Shown here: positions 1-9,133 of the stretch, piece after piece | Layout of the letters: every line of letters starts with the position of its first letter | Numbering within the stretch: the stretch's first letter is position 1 | Assembly: GCA_963769025.1 (NCBI GenBank) | Contig: CAVYKI010000009.1 | Span: 832,001 to 896,000, forward strand | DNA from: an uncultured Verrucomicrobiae bacterium | GTDB lineage: Bacteria > Verrucomicrobiota > Verrucomicrobiia > Chthoniobacterales > Chthoniobacteraceae | Reading direction: 5' to 3' | Length of the DNA stretch: 64,000 nt | Program-made: the position numbers and the translations under genes | Notes under the pieces: model-generated | The model's database searches: none | Told to the model about the DNA's origin: nothing | Seen by the model: only the letters and a program-made list of their open reading frames with translations

Positions 1-373
1 AAACGCCGCAAGAGCCCGACGGAAGTCTCCGCGACCACCCTCATCGGCGAAGTCGAAGGCCGCTCGGTCATCCTCGTGGACGATCTCACCGAGACCGCCG
101 GCACGCTCACCGCCGCCGCGAAGCTTCTGAAGGAGCACGGCGCGAAGGAAATCATGGCCTGCGTGAGCCACGCGGTGCTCAGCGACCTCGGCATCCAGCG
201 GTTGAAGGAATCCCGAAATCACCGAACTCGTCTGCACCAACAGCGTCCCGGTCCGCGAAGGCAACGGCATCAAGATCACGTCGCTCTGCATCGCGTCGCT
301 CCTCGGCGAGGGCATCAACCGCATCTACGGCGACGAATCCGTTTCATCCCTGTTCCAAATCCCCAGAACGTAA
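1..373 (+). CDS. prs: Ribose-phosphate pyrophosphokinase, 3' part (5'-truncated by the window; apparent +1 indel near 213)
   Basis: Frame 1 reads KRRKSPTEV..IGEVEGRSVILVDDLTETAGTL..CVSHAVLS (PRPP-binding loop). A shifted frame continues ITELVCTNSVP..LLGEGINRIYGDESVSSLF to TAA at 371-373. Lies upstream of rplY-pth as expected. Confidence 0.9.
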
Positions 374-409
374 CCACAACCCAAACCACAGCAGTAGCTG
401 AACACAGCA

Positions 410-1099
410 ATGGCCAAAGCAATCCAACTCAAAGCACAACCTCGCAGCGTCTCCGGAACGGTCGAGGCAAAGAAAGCACGCAAGGCGGGTCTCGTCCCCG
501 CAGTGATCTACGGACGTCACCTCGACAAGCCGCAGAACCTCCAGCTCGACGCCCGCGAACTCAAGGCGGCGCTCGGCAAGACGACCGGCGAGCACGTTCT
601 CGTGGATCTCGAAATCACCGGCGGCGACAAGACGCTCGCGCTCATCCAGGACGTGCAGCATCACACGCTCAAGCGCCACATCATGCATGTGGATTTCCAC
701 GCGCTCCACGCGGATGAAAAGATGCACACCACCGTCCCCGTCGTTACCTTCGGCGAGGCGAGCGGCGTGAAGAATCTCGGCGGCGTTCTCGAGCAGCTCC
801 TCCGCTCCATCGAGGTCGAGTGCTTGCCCAAGGATCTTCCCGAATCAATCGTCATCGACGTCTCTGCACTCGAAATCGGCGATGCCATCCACATCAAGGA
901 TCTTCCCCTTCCCGAAGGCGTCACCGCGCTCGGCAATCCGGAAACCAGCGTGCTGCACATCGCCGCGCCGGCCGTCGAGGAAGTCGTCGCTCCATCCGCC
1001 GAGGGCGCTGCCGCCTCCGAGCCGGAAGTCATCAAGGAAAAGAAGCCCGAGGCCGGCGAAGCCGCGCCCGCGGCAGGCGCCAAGACCGACAAGAAATAG
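410..1099 (+). CDS. rplY: 50S ribosomal protein L25/Ctc (TL5 type)
   Basis: RKAGLVPAVIYG, HVDFH, GVKNLGGVLEQ, LPESIVIDVSALEIGDAIHIKDL; prs-rplY-pth synteny. Confidence 0.97.
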   Translation: MAKAIQLKAQPRSVSGTVEAKKARKAGLVPAVIYGRHLDKPQNLQLDARELKAALGKTTGEHVLVDLEITGGDKTLALIQDVQHHTLKRHIMHVDFHALHADEKMHTTVPVVTFGEASGVKNLGGVLEQLLRSIEVECLPKDLPESIVIDVSALEIGDAIHIKDLPLPEGVTALGNPETSVLHIAAPAVEEVVAPSAEGAAASEPEVIKEKKPEAGEAAPAAGAKTDKK

Positions 1100-1117
1100 T
1101 TTTCAGCTCCCGGATGA

Positions 1118-1744
1118 ATGGCTCCCACCGGACCCACGTTCCGGCTGCTCGTCGGCCTGGGGAATCCAGGCCGCGAGTACGCGGGCACACGCCACAACGT
1201 CGGCTTCATGGTCCTCGACCGTCTCGCCGCCTCGTGGGGAGCCAGCTTCCGGGCTGAAAAAAAATGGCAGGCTGATGTCGCCACCGCACCGATGCAGAAT
1301 CCCTGCGGTGGTGGCGACGTCTGGCTCCTGAAACCGCAGACCTACATGAACCTCAGCGGCGAAAGCGTGAGCGAACTTGCCCGATTTTACAAAATCGAGC
1401 CCGCCCGCGTTCTCGTCGTGCTCGACGACATGGCGCTCCCGCTGGGACGCCTGCGCATCCGCGAGCGGGGAACTGCCGGCGGCCATAACGGCCTCCAGAG
1501 CATCCTCGATCATCTCGGCACGCAGGAAGTCCCCCGGCTGCGCATCGGCATCGGCTCCGGCGGAGCCGGCGGCTCAGCGGGCGCCGCAGTCGGCCATGTG
1601 CTCGGAAGATTTGCCGTGGACGAGCGCCCGCTCGTCGAGCAATCTCTCGACCGCGCCGCCGAGGCCGTCCGGTTTGCGCAGGACAACGACCTGCCATCCG
1701 CAATGAACCGATTCAACACCAACACACCCACATCACCACTATGA
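1118..1744 (+). CDS. pth: Peptidyl-tRNA hydrolase
   Basis: LVGLGNPGREYAGTRHNVGF, LKPQTYMNLSG, GGHNGLQSI, RLRIGIG. Confidence 0.97.
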   Translation: MAPTGPTFRLLVGLGNPGREYAGTRHNVGFMVLDRLAASWGASFRAEKKWQADVATAPMQNPCGGGDVWLLKPQTYMNLSGESVSELARFYKIEPARVLVVLDDMALPLGRLRIRERGTAGGHNGLQSILDHLGTQEVPRLRIGIGSGGAGGSAGAAVGHVLGRFAVDERPLVEQSLDRAAEAVRFAQDNDLPSAMNRFNTNTPTSPL

Positions 1745-2046
1745 ACCACCGTTACGAGGGACTCCTCGTTCTCAACGTCAAAGGCAAGGAAGACAGCGCG
1801 CAGAAAATCATCGAGCGCATCGAAAAGGAATTCGTCGCCGAGGGCGCGAAGGTCGAATCCACGCAGAAGATGGACCAGCGCCACTTCAGCTACGTCAAGG
1901 GCGACCTGGACAGCGGCTACTTCGTCAATTTCGTCTTCAGCGCCGAACCCGCCGCGCTCGACCGCATCCGGGCCCGCTTCAAGCTCGACGACGAAGTGTA
2001 CCGCCAGCAGTACGCCCGCCTCGCCGACAAGAAGAAGGCCGCCTAG
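1741..2046 (+). CDS. rpsF: 30S ribosomal protein S6
   Basis: N-terminal RYEGLLVL, GYFVNFVF, 101 aa, between pth and ssb; ATGA overlap with pth. Confidence 0.9.
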   Translation: MNHRYEGLLVLNVKGKEDSAQKIIERIEKEFVAEGAKVESTQKMDQRHFSYVKGDLDSGYFVNFVFSAEPAALDRIRARFKLDDEVYRQQYARLADKKKAA

Positions 2047-2081
2047 CCCCCCGCGCCGCGCAACCCCAACTCCCCGCCGAC

Positions 2082-2561
2082 ATGCCGAATCTGAACAAGG
2101 TCATGCTCATGGGAAACCTCACGAGGGATCCCGAGATCAAGTACACGCCCAAGGGCACCGCCATCGCCAATTTTGGCATCGCGGTGAACCGGACGTACAC
2201 CCCGACCGAAGGCGGCGAGAAGCGCGAGGAGGTCACGTTCATCGATCTCGAAGCGTGGGGCCGCACGGCGGAAATCATCGGCGAGTACTTCAAAAAAGGG
2301 CGCCCGATTTTCATCGAGGGCCGGCTGAAGCTCGACCAATGGGACGACAAGACCACGGGGAAAAAGATGAGCAAGCTGCGCGTCGTCGTGGACACGTTCG
2401 AGTTCCTCGGCAGCCGCGAAGGCGGCGGTGGCGAGGGCGGAGGCGCCCCTTCCGGCGAATCCCGCGGCAGCGCGCCGCAGCAGCGCCGCGCGCCCGCAAG
2501 CCCTCCCCGCCCGCCCGCCGATCCCGATCTCGACGTGCAGGCCGACGACGTGCCGTTCTAG
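2082..2561 (+). CDS. ssb: Single-stranded DNA-binding protein
   Basis: LNKVMLMGNLTRDPE, IFIEGRLK, Gly/Pro linker, acidic DDVPF tail. Confidence 0.97.
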   Translation: MPNLNKVMLMGNLTRDPEIKYTPKGTAIANFGIAVNRTYTPTEGGEKREEVTFIDLEAWGRTAEIIGEYFKKGRPIFIEGRLKLDQWDDKTTGKKMSKLRVVVDTFEFLGSREGGGGEGGGAPSGESRGSAPQQRRAPASPPRPPADPDLDVQADDVPF

Positions 2562-2698
2562 CCGTTCCGTCGCTGACGACGGAGCCATGCCGCAAAAAAA
2601 TGCGATTGGGAAATTCGCACGAGGCCTCGTGCAAGGACCGGCGCGGATTCCCTCGTGAACGAATTTTCCTCGCACTGAATCGCGCTGGAAACGACGGG

Positions 2699-3726
2699 CT
2701 ACTTCGCGGCCGCGTCCTTCACCGGAACAGCCTGCAGCAGACCGATCGTCGCCCAGCCGGCACCCCAGTAGGTGTAGATGGCGGTCGCTTCCTTGAATGA
2801 CTTCGCCTTGGCGGGTGCGCTGCGGTCCACCTTGCTGATGTGCGTGATGTCGATGGGCCAGCTTCCGTCCTCGCGCTGGGTCTTGAGCAGCCACTGCTGC
2901 GCGCGGGCGATGGCCTCGGCGGTGCGCGGGTCGGATGCGGACGGCTGCAAGGCGTAGAGCACCTCCCCGGTGGCGAGCGCGATCGCTCATGTTTTCGCCG
3001 ATGACGTAACTCCACCCGCCGTCGCCTCGCTGCTGCTTCAGAATTTCCGCACGCTGCGCATCCGCGTCCTCCATTTTGCCAATGCTGCGCGCGTACAGCG
3101 CGCGGAAGACGAGCGACTCCGTGGAAGTCGGGCGCGTCCTTTTTTGCGAGCAATGCCGCGGCCTTCGTGCGCGCCTCTTCGGCGGCGTGGCGATCCGCTT
3201 CATCCGATGCGAGCGCGATGAGGAAGAGCCGAGTGGAAGTGGCCGCCGCGTCGGGCGCACCGCGTTTCTGCATGCCGGAAAACTGCCCGGCAGGCTTCCA
3301 TGATCCGTCGGGCTGCTGGCCTTTCACGATGAGCTTGGTGAGCTCTGGCGCGGGCTTGCCGGGCATCGCGAGCTTCATCAGCGCCGTCATTTCCAGCCCC
3401 GGCGAAATGTTCGTCGCATGCGAGTCGGACCACGTCACGAATTCCTCGAACAGCTTCTCGTCGATCGCAAAGCCGCGCAGCTTTGCCTCGCGATGGCTCC
3501 AGAGCAGCTCGGGCATGTGATGACAGCCGTTGCAATCCTTCGCGCCCATCCACTCGTCGCCTTCCTTCGCGAGAAAGCCGAGGCCCTTGGCGATGACCGC
3601 ACGCAGTTCCGCCTCGGAGGGCGGCTTCGTGGGCGCAGGCTTCGATTTGTCCTCGGCCTGCGCAGAAAGGACGCCGATGCCGACCAGCACGACAGCGGTG
3701 CGTAGCAAATGGAGACGCGGATGCAT
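2699..3726 (-). CDS. Secreted prenyltransferase/squalene-oxidase (QW) repeat protein with CxxCH motif; two apparent +1 indels near 3131 and 2981
   Basis: Signal peptide, CNGCHH, and QQPDGSW, QRGDGGW and QREDGSW repeats spread over three consecutive frames. Confidence 0.7.
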
Positions 3727-3774
3727 GGGGAGAGTTTCAGAGTGGATAACCCCGTCCGGCGGGAAGCGCGTAGG

Positions 3775-5272
3775 CTATTTGTTCGCCTCGTTCCACCGCC
3801 AGTGCGGGCCACGGATGACGGCGAGCGCCTCCTTCACATCCATGCCGGCCTTTGCCTGCGCTGCGAATTTCGCGCGACGCACATTCCATGCGGCGCGCTC
3901 CGCGTCGCTGATTGCAAGCTGCCTGCGGTATGGCGCGCGGTTCCCCACGAGCATCGCGAGGTGGCCCTCGATCCCGAAATCGTTTTCGCTCGCGGGACAG
4001 CAACTGGCGTCCGAGAGTGCGTCGGGCCGTTCTCCTCGTAAAACTCCAGCAGCGGTGCGAGTCCGGAGACATCGGTGTCCTCCCGGCAGTGCCGCCAGAA
4101 CGGAGTGTCGAGCCGCGTGTTCAACCGGTAATGCAGCGCGAGAAAATCGCGGATGTCGTCCCACGTGCCGGCCACGATGTCGTTGTAGAGCTTCCGGATG
4201 GTGGGGGTGGGTTCGAGCGAGGCTTCGGTCAGCAACCCCACGAGCATCTTGCTCGTCGAGCACACGACCATGAGCGCCGTGGCTTCGAGCGGTTCGACGA
4301 AGCCGCCCGCGTTGCCGATGGCCACCACGTTATCCACCCACGCACGGCGCAGACGCCCCGAGCGGAATTTCACCACGCGCGGCGAAGCGGGAGCCTTCGG
4401 ATTCTTCCGGAGAAACTCGGCGGCGGCAGCCTCGTCGGAGATCGCCGCGGAGGAATAGACGTAGCCGCGATTGATGTGGTGCTCGTGGTCGATCCGCCAT
4501 GCCCAGCCGGAGTCCATCGTCTCGGCGGTGGTGTAGGGCAGGATGGGCTCGGCGGTGCGTTCCCAGCCGCCCACGACGGCGCGGTCGCAGAAAAGGGAGC
4601 GCTCCGAAGCTCGCAAACGGTTCCTCCAGCGTGCGCCCGAGCAGTTCGCTGCGAAACCCGCTCGCATCGACGAAAAAGTCTGCCGCCAGCCGGCGCCCGT
4701 CTTCGAGCATTACCGCCGCGATTCCCGCGGGACCGCGCTCGGTGCCGCGGACGGTGCCATCGATGATTTCGACGCCCGCGTCGCGCGCGACGGCTTCGAG
4801 GGTTTCCACCAGCTTCCGGTTCTCGATGTGAAAGGCGGACCATGGCTGAAACTCGGGGTCGCCGCGCGGGCTGCGCACGAATGCCTTGTCGTGCGCCATG
4901 AGGGCGCTGTGCCGGTTGCAGCTGCGGAATTCGTCGTCGCAGAAGATAGCCCTGCCTCGGCGGCACATCGCCGGTGATGTTGTCGAACTGCGGCTCGAAC
5001 GAGTAGTCGAAGGACTCCCGCGGCCCCCAGAGGAAGCGGATTCCCAGTTTCCAAGTCGGCTGCGCCTTCGCATAGAAATAGGACTGCCGGATTCCGAGGA
5101 ATCCGAAAAGGTGACCTGGAAAGCTCGGTGTGGTGCCTTCGCCGACGCCGATGACCCCGATCTCCGGGCTGCGCACCACGCGGACTGTCACCGCGGCGAG
5201 CTTCAGCTTCAGCGTGATCGCCGCGATGAGCCCCGCGCTTCCGGAACCGACGATGAGGATGTTCTGAATCAT
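3775..5272 (-). CDS. Flavin-dependent tryptophan 7-halogenase family protein (about three apparent frameshifts near 4940, 4605 and 4020)
   Basis: GSGSAG FAD motif, GVGEGT, TWKLGIRF (catalytic Lys), FVDASGF, GWAWRI, GFVEPLEATAL, DFLALHY..DTPFW, pieced from adjacent frames. Confidence 0.88.
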
Positions 5273-5489
5273 GGGGGAACGGCCGCGACGGTGAACGACT
5301 CGCAAATCGGATGCGACACAATCCCGCGCCAGCACCCTGCCCGGCAGGGCGTAAGTCGATATCAAGCCGAATTGTTCGACTCTCCATGCAAACCCGATCA
5401 ACGCCCCAGCGGCATCCGAGTCGGGTGCGAACGCTGCGGTTCGCTTTTTTTGGCCTGCCCGTCACGCCGGACGGCAGGCCCCACGCGCG

Positions 5490-5594
5490 CTACTTCGCGG
5501 CTGCGGCGTTGCTTTTCGCGAGCGCGAGGCGCTCGGTCTTCTTGCGGCGAACCGCGCGTTTCTTGACGTTGTCTTTGCCTTTGCAGTGTCCCAT
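5490..5594 (-). CDS. Small basic protein, 34 aa (MGHCKGKDNVKKRAVRRKKTERLALAKSNAAAAK)
   Basis: ATG..TAG in an otherwise empty intergenic gap, genome-typical codons, 12 K/R residues, strong hairpin just downstream. Confidence 0.6.
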   Translation of the reverse strand: MGHCKGKDNVKKRAVRRKKTERLALAKSNAAAAK

Positions 5595-5816
5595 AGGGCG
5601 TGCACCAGACACGCTCATCGCCCATCTGCCAAGTTGTTTCGCAACATCGCGGAAAATAACCGCCGCAAACAGGCGCGACGGACGCAAAAAATGGAGGTCT
5701 CCCGGCCCCGGCCGGGTGTGGCGGAATCCGGCCCAAAAAAAGGTGGTGCATCCCCACCCCGCGGGACTAAATTGGCTGCGTGGTGACACGGTCGGGCAGC
5801 CCCTTATTACCGACAT

Positions 5817-6773
5817 ATGAAAAAAATCCTTCGCTCCACAGTAATCGCCGCCGCGTCGGTCGCGTCATTTTTCCCGATCCCGATCGGAAAGTCGGAGGCG
5901 GGCAAGCACAAGAAACAGCGCGCATCGTCGGATTCCCGGCGTGCTTCTCATTCGCCCGCGGCCGGCGGTGCAACCGGCACGGGTGGCCTCGATGGTAAGA
6001 TTCCGCCCCCTAAACCGATCGAATCCGCCGTGACCCTCCCGCACGCCATCGCGCCTCCTCCGCCCACGGTCGCCGTCGCGCCCACGCCTACGCCGGCACC
6101 AGTCCGCCCCGCCGTGGTCGCGGATCGTTATCCATGGAAGCGCGACATCGTGACGACGACCTTCTGGATCGGCGAGAAGCCCACGAAGAACAATCCGGTG
6201 CCCAATCACGCAAGTTCGTGGGACACCAAGTGGGCCGACAATTACGGCGGCACCGACACCCCCGACCGCGACGAGCGCAAGGACTTCCGGCCCGCCGCGT
6301 TCGTGCCCGGCCAGAATCCCTTCTACGTCGCACTGCCCTACAACGATATGCAGAAGGGAGGCCGCAAACCCGAGGCGCAAAAGGTCATCCCTTGGTTCAA
6401 CGACGAAGTCCGCGGCCCCTCGGAATCCGCGTGCAAGGGCCGCTGGCTGGCCATCCGCTACAAGGACCGCACCGTTTACGCGCAGTGGGAGGATTGCGGC
6501 CCATTCCGGACCGACCACGCGGGCTATGTCTTCGGCGACGAGCGTCCCAAGAAGAACCTCAACAAGGGCGCGGGCCTCGATGTTTCGCCCGCGGTCCGCG
6601 ACTTTCTGGGCATGGCCGACACCGACGTGACGGACTGGAAGTTTGTGGACTTCGATGAAGTGCCGGAAGGCCCCTGGTCGAAGTACGGCGCGAACAACAC
6701 GTTCGTCCAAGCCCGCCGTCTCGAATCCCTGCGCCTCGCAGCGCTCGAAGCGGGCCGGAGGGCACCCCAGTAG
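5817..6773 (+). CDS. Secreted hypothetical protein: Pro-rich linker plus conserved globular domain (possibly double-psi beta-barrel-like)
   Basis: Signal-like N-terminus; [38 protein letters not shown] blocks; coding codon bias. Confidence 0.75.
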   Translation: MKKILRSTVIAAASVASFFPIPIGKSEAGKHKKQRASSDSRRASHSPAAGGATGTGGLDGKIPPPKPIESAVTLPHAIAPPPPTVAVAPTPTPAPVRPAVVADRYPWKRDIVTTTFWIGEKPTKNNPVPNHASSWDTKWADNYGGTDTPDRDERKDFRPAAFVPGQNPFYVALPYNDMQKGGRKPEAQKVIPWFNDEVRGPSESACKGRWLAIRYKDRTVYAQWEDCGPFRTDHAGYVFGDERPKKNLNKGAGLDVSPAVRDFLGMADTDVTDWKFVDFDEVPEGPWSKYGANNTFVQARRLESLRLAALEAGRRAPQ

Positions 6774-6810
6774 TCTGCCCCATCCGCAGCGGCGGTCCGT
6801 CCGCCCTGCG

Positions 6811-7405
6811 CTAGCGGGCGTCCGGCGGAGGCGGGTGCAACTCCGACCTCCCGGGCACCGGTGCGCGGAAGCCGGCCATCCGTTCGAGGAGCATTTCGCT
6901 GCCAGTTTCCACCAGCAGCGATTCCAGATGCTCCGGTCGCAGGAAGCCTTCGGCGGCGGCGTGGCGGAGAAAGGCGAGGAGATGGTCGTAGAAGCCGTCC
7001 ACATTCAGCAGGCCCGACGGGCTTGTCGTGAAAGCCAAGCTGGAGCCAGGTGAACGTCTCGAAAAGTTCCTCCAGCGTCCCGATGCCGCCGGGCAGCGAG
7101 ATGAACCCGTCACTGAGATCGGCCATGAGCTGTTTGCGATCGTGCATGGAGGTGACGACGTGGAGCTTCGTCACGCCGCCGTGGCCGAGTTCCTTTTCCA
7201 TCAGCGCGGTCGGGATGACGCCGATGACCTCACCGCCCGCGCGCATGGCTGCGTCGGCGATCACACCCATGAGACCGACATGGCCGCCGCCATAGACGAG
7301 CCCGATACCCTGAGAGGCAAGCATCGTCCCGAGTTGCGCGGCAGCCTCGCGATGGCTCGGGTTCGCCCCCTCCGAGGAGCCGCAATAGACGCAGACGCGC
7401 TTCAT
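6811..7405 (-). CDS. LOG family (TIGR00730-like) nucleotide phosphoribohydrolase; apparent indel near 7015
   Basis: [37 protein letters not shown], then [11 protein letters not shown] in a shifted frame; ATGA overlap with the upstream gene. Confidence 0.92.
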
Positions 7406-8268
7406 TTCGCCCGCGTGTCCTCGGCGAAGCGGAAGGGCGACCGGCCGGTGATGTCCGAACTGAGGAAACTCGGGCACCAGTATTTCTCGACGTGGCCCAC
7501 GACGAGATCCGTGCCGGTGAAGTGATCGACGCCGGGCGGGCGCTCGGGGTTGTACATCGTGTCGGTCATGTCGCGCATGAGGACGACATTTTTCCCGAGA
7601 TAGACCTGCTGCCGGATGGCGAACGGGCGGCCGAGGACGCACATGTTCAGATGCACGCCGCAGAGGATCACGTTTTCGATGCCGCGCTCCTGAAGCAGAT
7701 TCCACGTCTCCTGCCCGTTGTCGGTGAGCGCGTCGCCGGGAAAAAGTTCGAGCGTCGCAATCTGGCGCTTCCACGGCGGGATGATTTCGCACTTTTTGCC
7801 GGTGCAGGAGCAGCCCATGTCGGAGTCGTCGATGGGCAGCGGGCCTTCGTGCTTTCCATCGGTCCAGCACCACGCGGTGCCCCAGCGGTCTGCGGTCGCC
7901 AGCGGGACGGGCGTTTTTGAAAATGGAGCGGACTGCGCGAGTTTGCGCTGCGGCGTGTCCTTGTAGAAATCGGTGACGCTGCTCGGCGCGTGGATGATGA
8001 AGACGCCCTTTTCCCGCGCGATCTTCAGCATTTCGTTCATCGGCCCAGCCATCTCCGTCACGCGGCGCGCGGCGGACTTGCACCAATGGTCGTCCCACAT
8101 GTCGCAGACGATGAGCGCTGTCTTCTTCGGTTCCCATTGGACGACCTTTTCGACACGCGAGAATGAACCATCAGCCTGCCGGGCCTGCGAACGAATGCTG
8201 AGATTCATCGGCTCAGCAGCGGCTAGCGGGGACAGCATGGCGGCAAGGATGAGGAGGGGGCGCAACAT
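7402..8268 (-). CDS. Secreted isochorismatase/cysteine hydrolase family protein
   Basis: Signal peptide, [28 protein letters not shown]. Confidence 0.82.
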   Translation of the reverse strand: MLRPLLILAAMLSPLAAAEPMNLSIRSQARQADGSFSRVEKVVQWEPKKTALIVCDMWDDHWCKSAARRVTEMAGPMNEMLKIAREKGVFIIHAPSSVTDFYKDTPQRKLAQSAPFSKTPVPLATADRWGTAWCWTDGKHEGPLPIDDSDMGCSCTGKKCEIIPPWKRQIATLELFPGDALTDNGQETWNLLQERGIENVILCGVHLNMCVLGRPFAIRQQVYLGKNVVLMRDMTDTMYNPERPPGVDHFTGTDLVVGHVEKYWCPSFLSSDITGRSPFRFAEDTRAK

Positions 8269-8328
8269 GCCAGACGTGATAACCGCGCAGTGCTCCGCGT
8301 CGAGCGCGCAAACCGCACGCGTGCGGCG

Positions 8329-9069
8329 CTATTTCAGCAGCGCGCCGGCCACCTCCGGCGAAGGCAGTCCCCACGCCTTCCATTTTGCGGCGTATTCGTT
8401 CCGCGGCAGCAGGGCAAAATGCGGCTTCGCATCCGCGCGCAGCCAGCGGATGAGCGCGACGAGATCCGGCTCGCCCATCACGGTGCAGCCGACGCTCGGC
8501 CTGTGCGGCGCGCGGCGCAGGTGGAGGAAAATCGCGCTCCCCTGCCCGGCCACCGGCGGGTCGGCGTTGTGCCGCAGCTCGACGAGCCACCGGTATGCGA
8601 AGTCGCCAAGCCGCATCCGCTGCTTCGCAAACCACGGCGGCGGATTCGCCGGGTCCACGAGGACGTGCCGGTTGTACTTCGGATGGGTCGGGTCATCGAT
8701 CCACGCATCGGCGGAGGTGACGGTGTGGAACGGGTAATCGCTCCCCGCCGGCAGCGCGCGATCATACGTGTAAACGGTGCCAATGCGGAAAACCCCGGCA
8801 GGCGCGCGGCCATCCCGTTCCACCTTGCGCAGCCCCGTTTCGTCCTGGCCAAACACTCCGGAGCCCCACGCCAGCCCGCGCTTTCCGTAGAGCACGGGCC
8901 ACGGTTTGCCGACGGCCTTCCACCCGCCGCCCATGCGCTCGAATCGCTGTGCGCTGCCTTCGAATGCGTCCCATGACGGAGCCGTCGCGACGACGAGCTG
9001 GCGGACGCCGTCGAGTTCCGCCGCGCCCACTGCGATGGGAAAAAGGAGCAGCAGCGCGAAGCGGAACAC
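8329..9069 (-). CDS. L,D-transpeptidase (YkuD-like) family protein; start uncertain (GTG 9069)
   Basis: RKVERDGRAPAGVF, GSAIFLH..PSVGCT (H..S-x-GC motif), N-terminal signal peptide. Confidence 0.85.
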   Translation of the reverse strand: MFRFALLLLFPIAVGAAELDGVRQLVVATAPSWDAFEGSAQRFERMGGGWKAVGKPWPVLYGKRGLAWGSGVFGQDETGLRKVERDGRAPAGVFRIGTVYTYDRALPAGSDYPFHTVTSADAWIDDPTHPKYNRHVLVDPANPPPWFAKQRMRLGDFAYRWLVELRHNADPPVAGQGSAIFLHLRRAPHRPSVGCTVMGEPDLVALIRWLRADAKPHFALLPRNEYAAKWKAWGLPSPEVAGALLK

Positions 9070-9133
9070 CTTGCCAACGATGCCGGATGTTTCCTCGTTG
9101 CGGGCGCGGGCGGCGCTGTCCACTGTCCGGCGA

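Noticed and set aside
2699..3726. True squalene-hopene cyclase
   Set aside because: About half the expected length, has a signal peptide and lacks DxDD
3740..4340. DnaA-box-like 9-mers near 3741 and 4330 as an origin
   Set aside because: Isolated imperfect matches, one inside a CDS; no cluster or AT-rich unwinding element
5445..5480. Hairpin as a canonical intrinsic terminator
   Set aside because: The T-run precedes the stem on + and reads as A's after the stem on -, so neither strand has a 3' U-tract
6811..7405. LOG/SLOG gene as part of an anti-phage system
   Set aside because: Stand-alone classical LOG with PGGxGTxEE; no TIR, effector or other defence genes nearby
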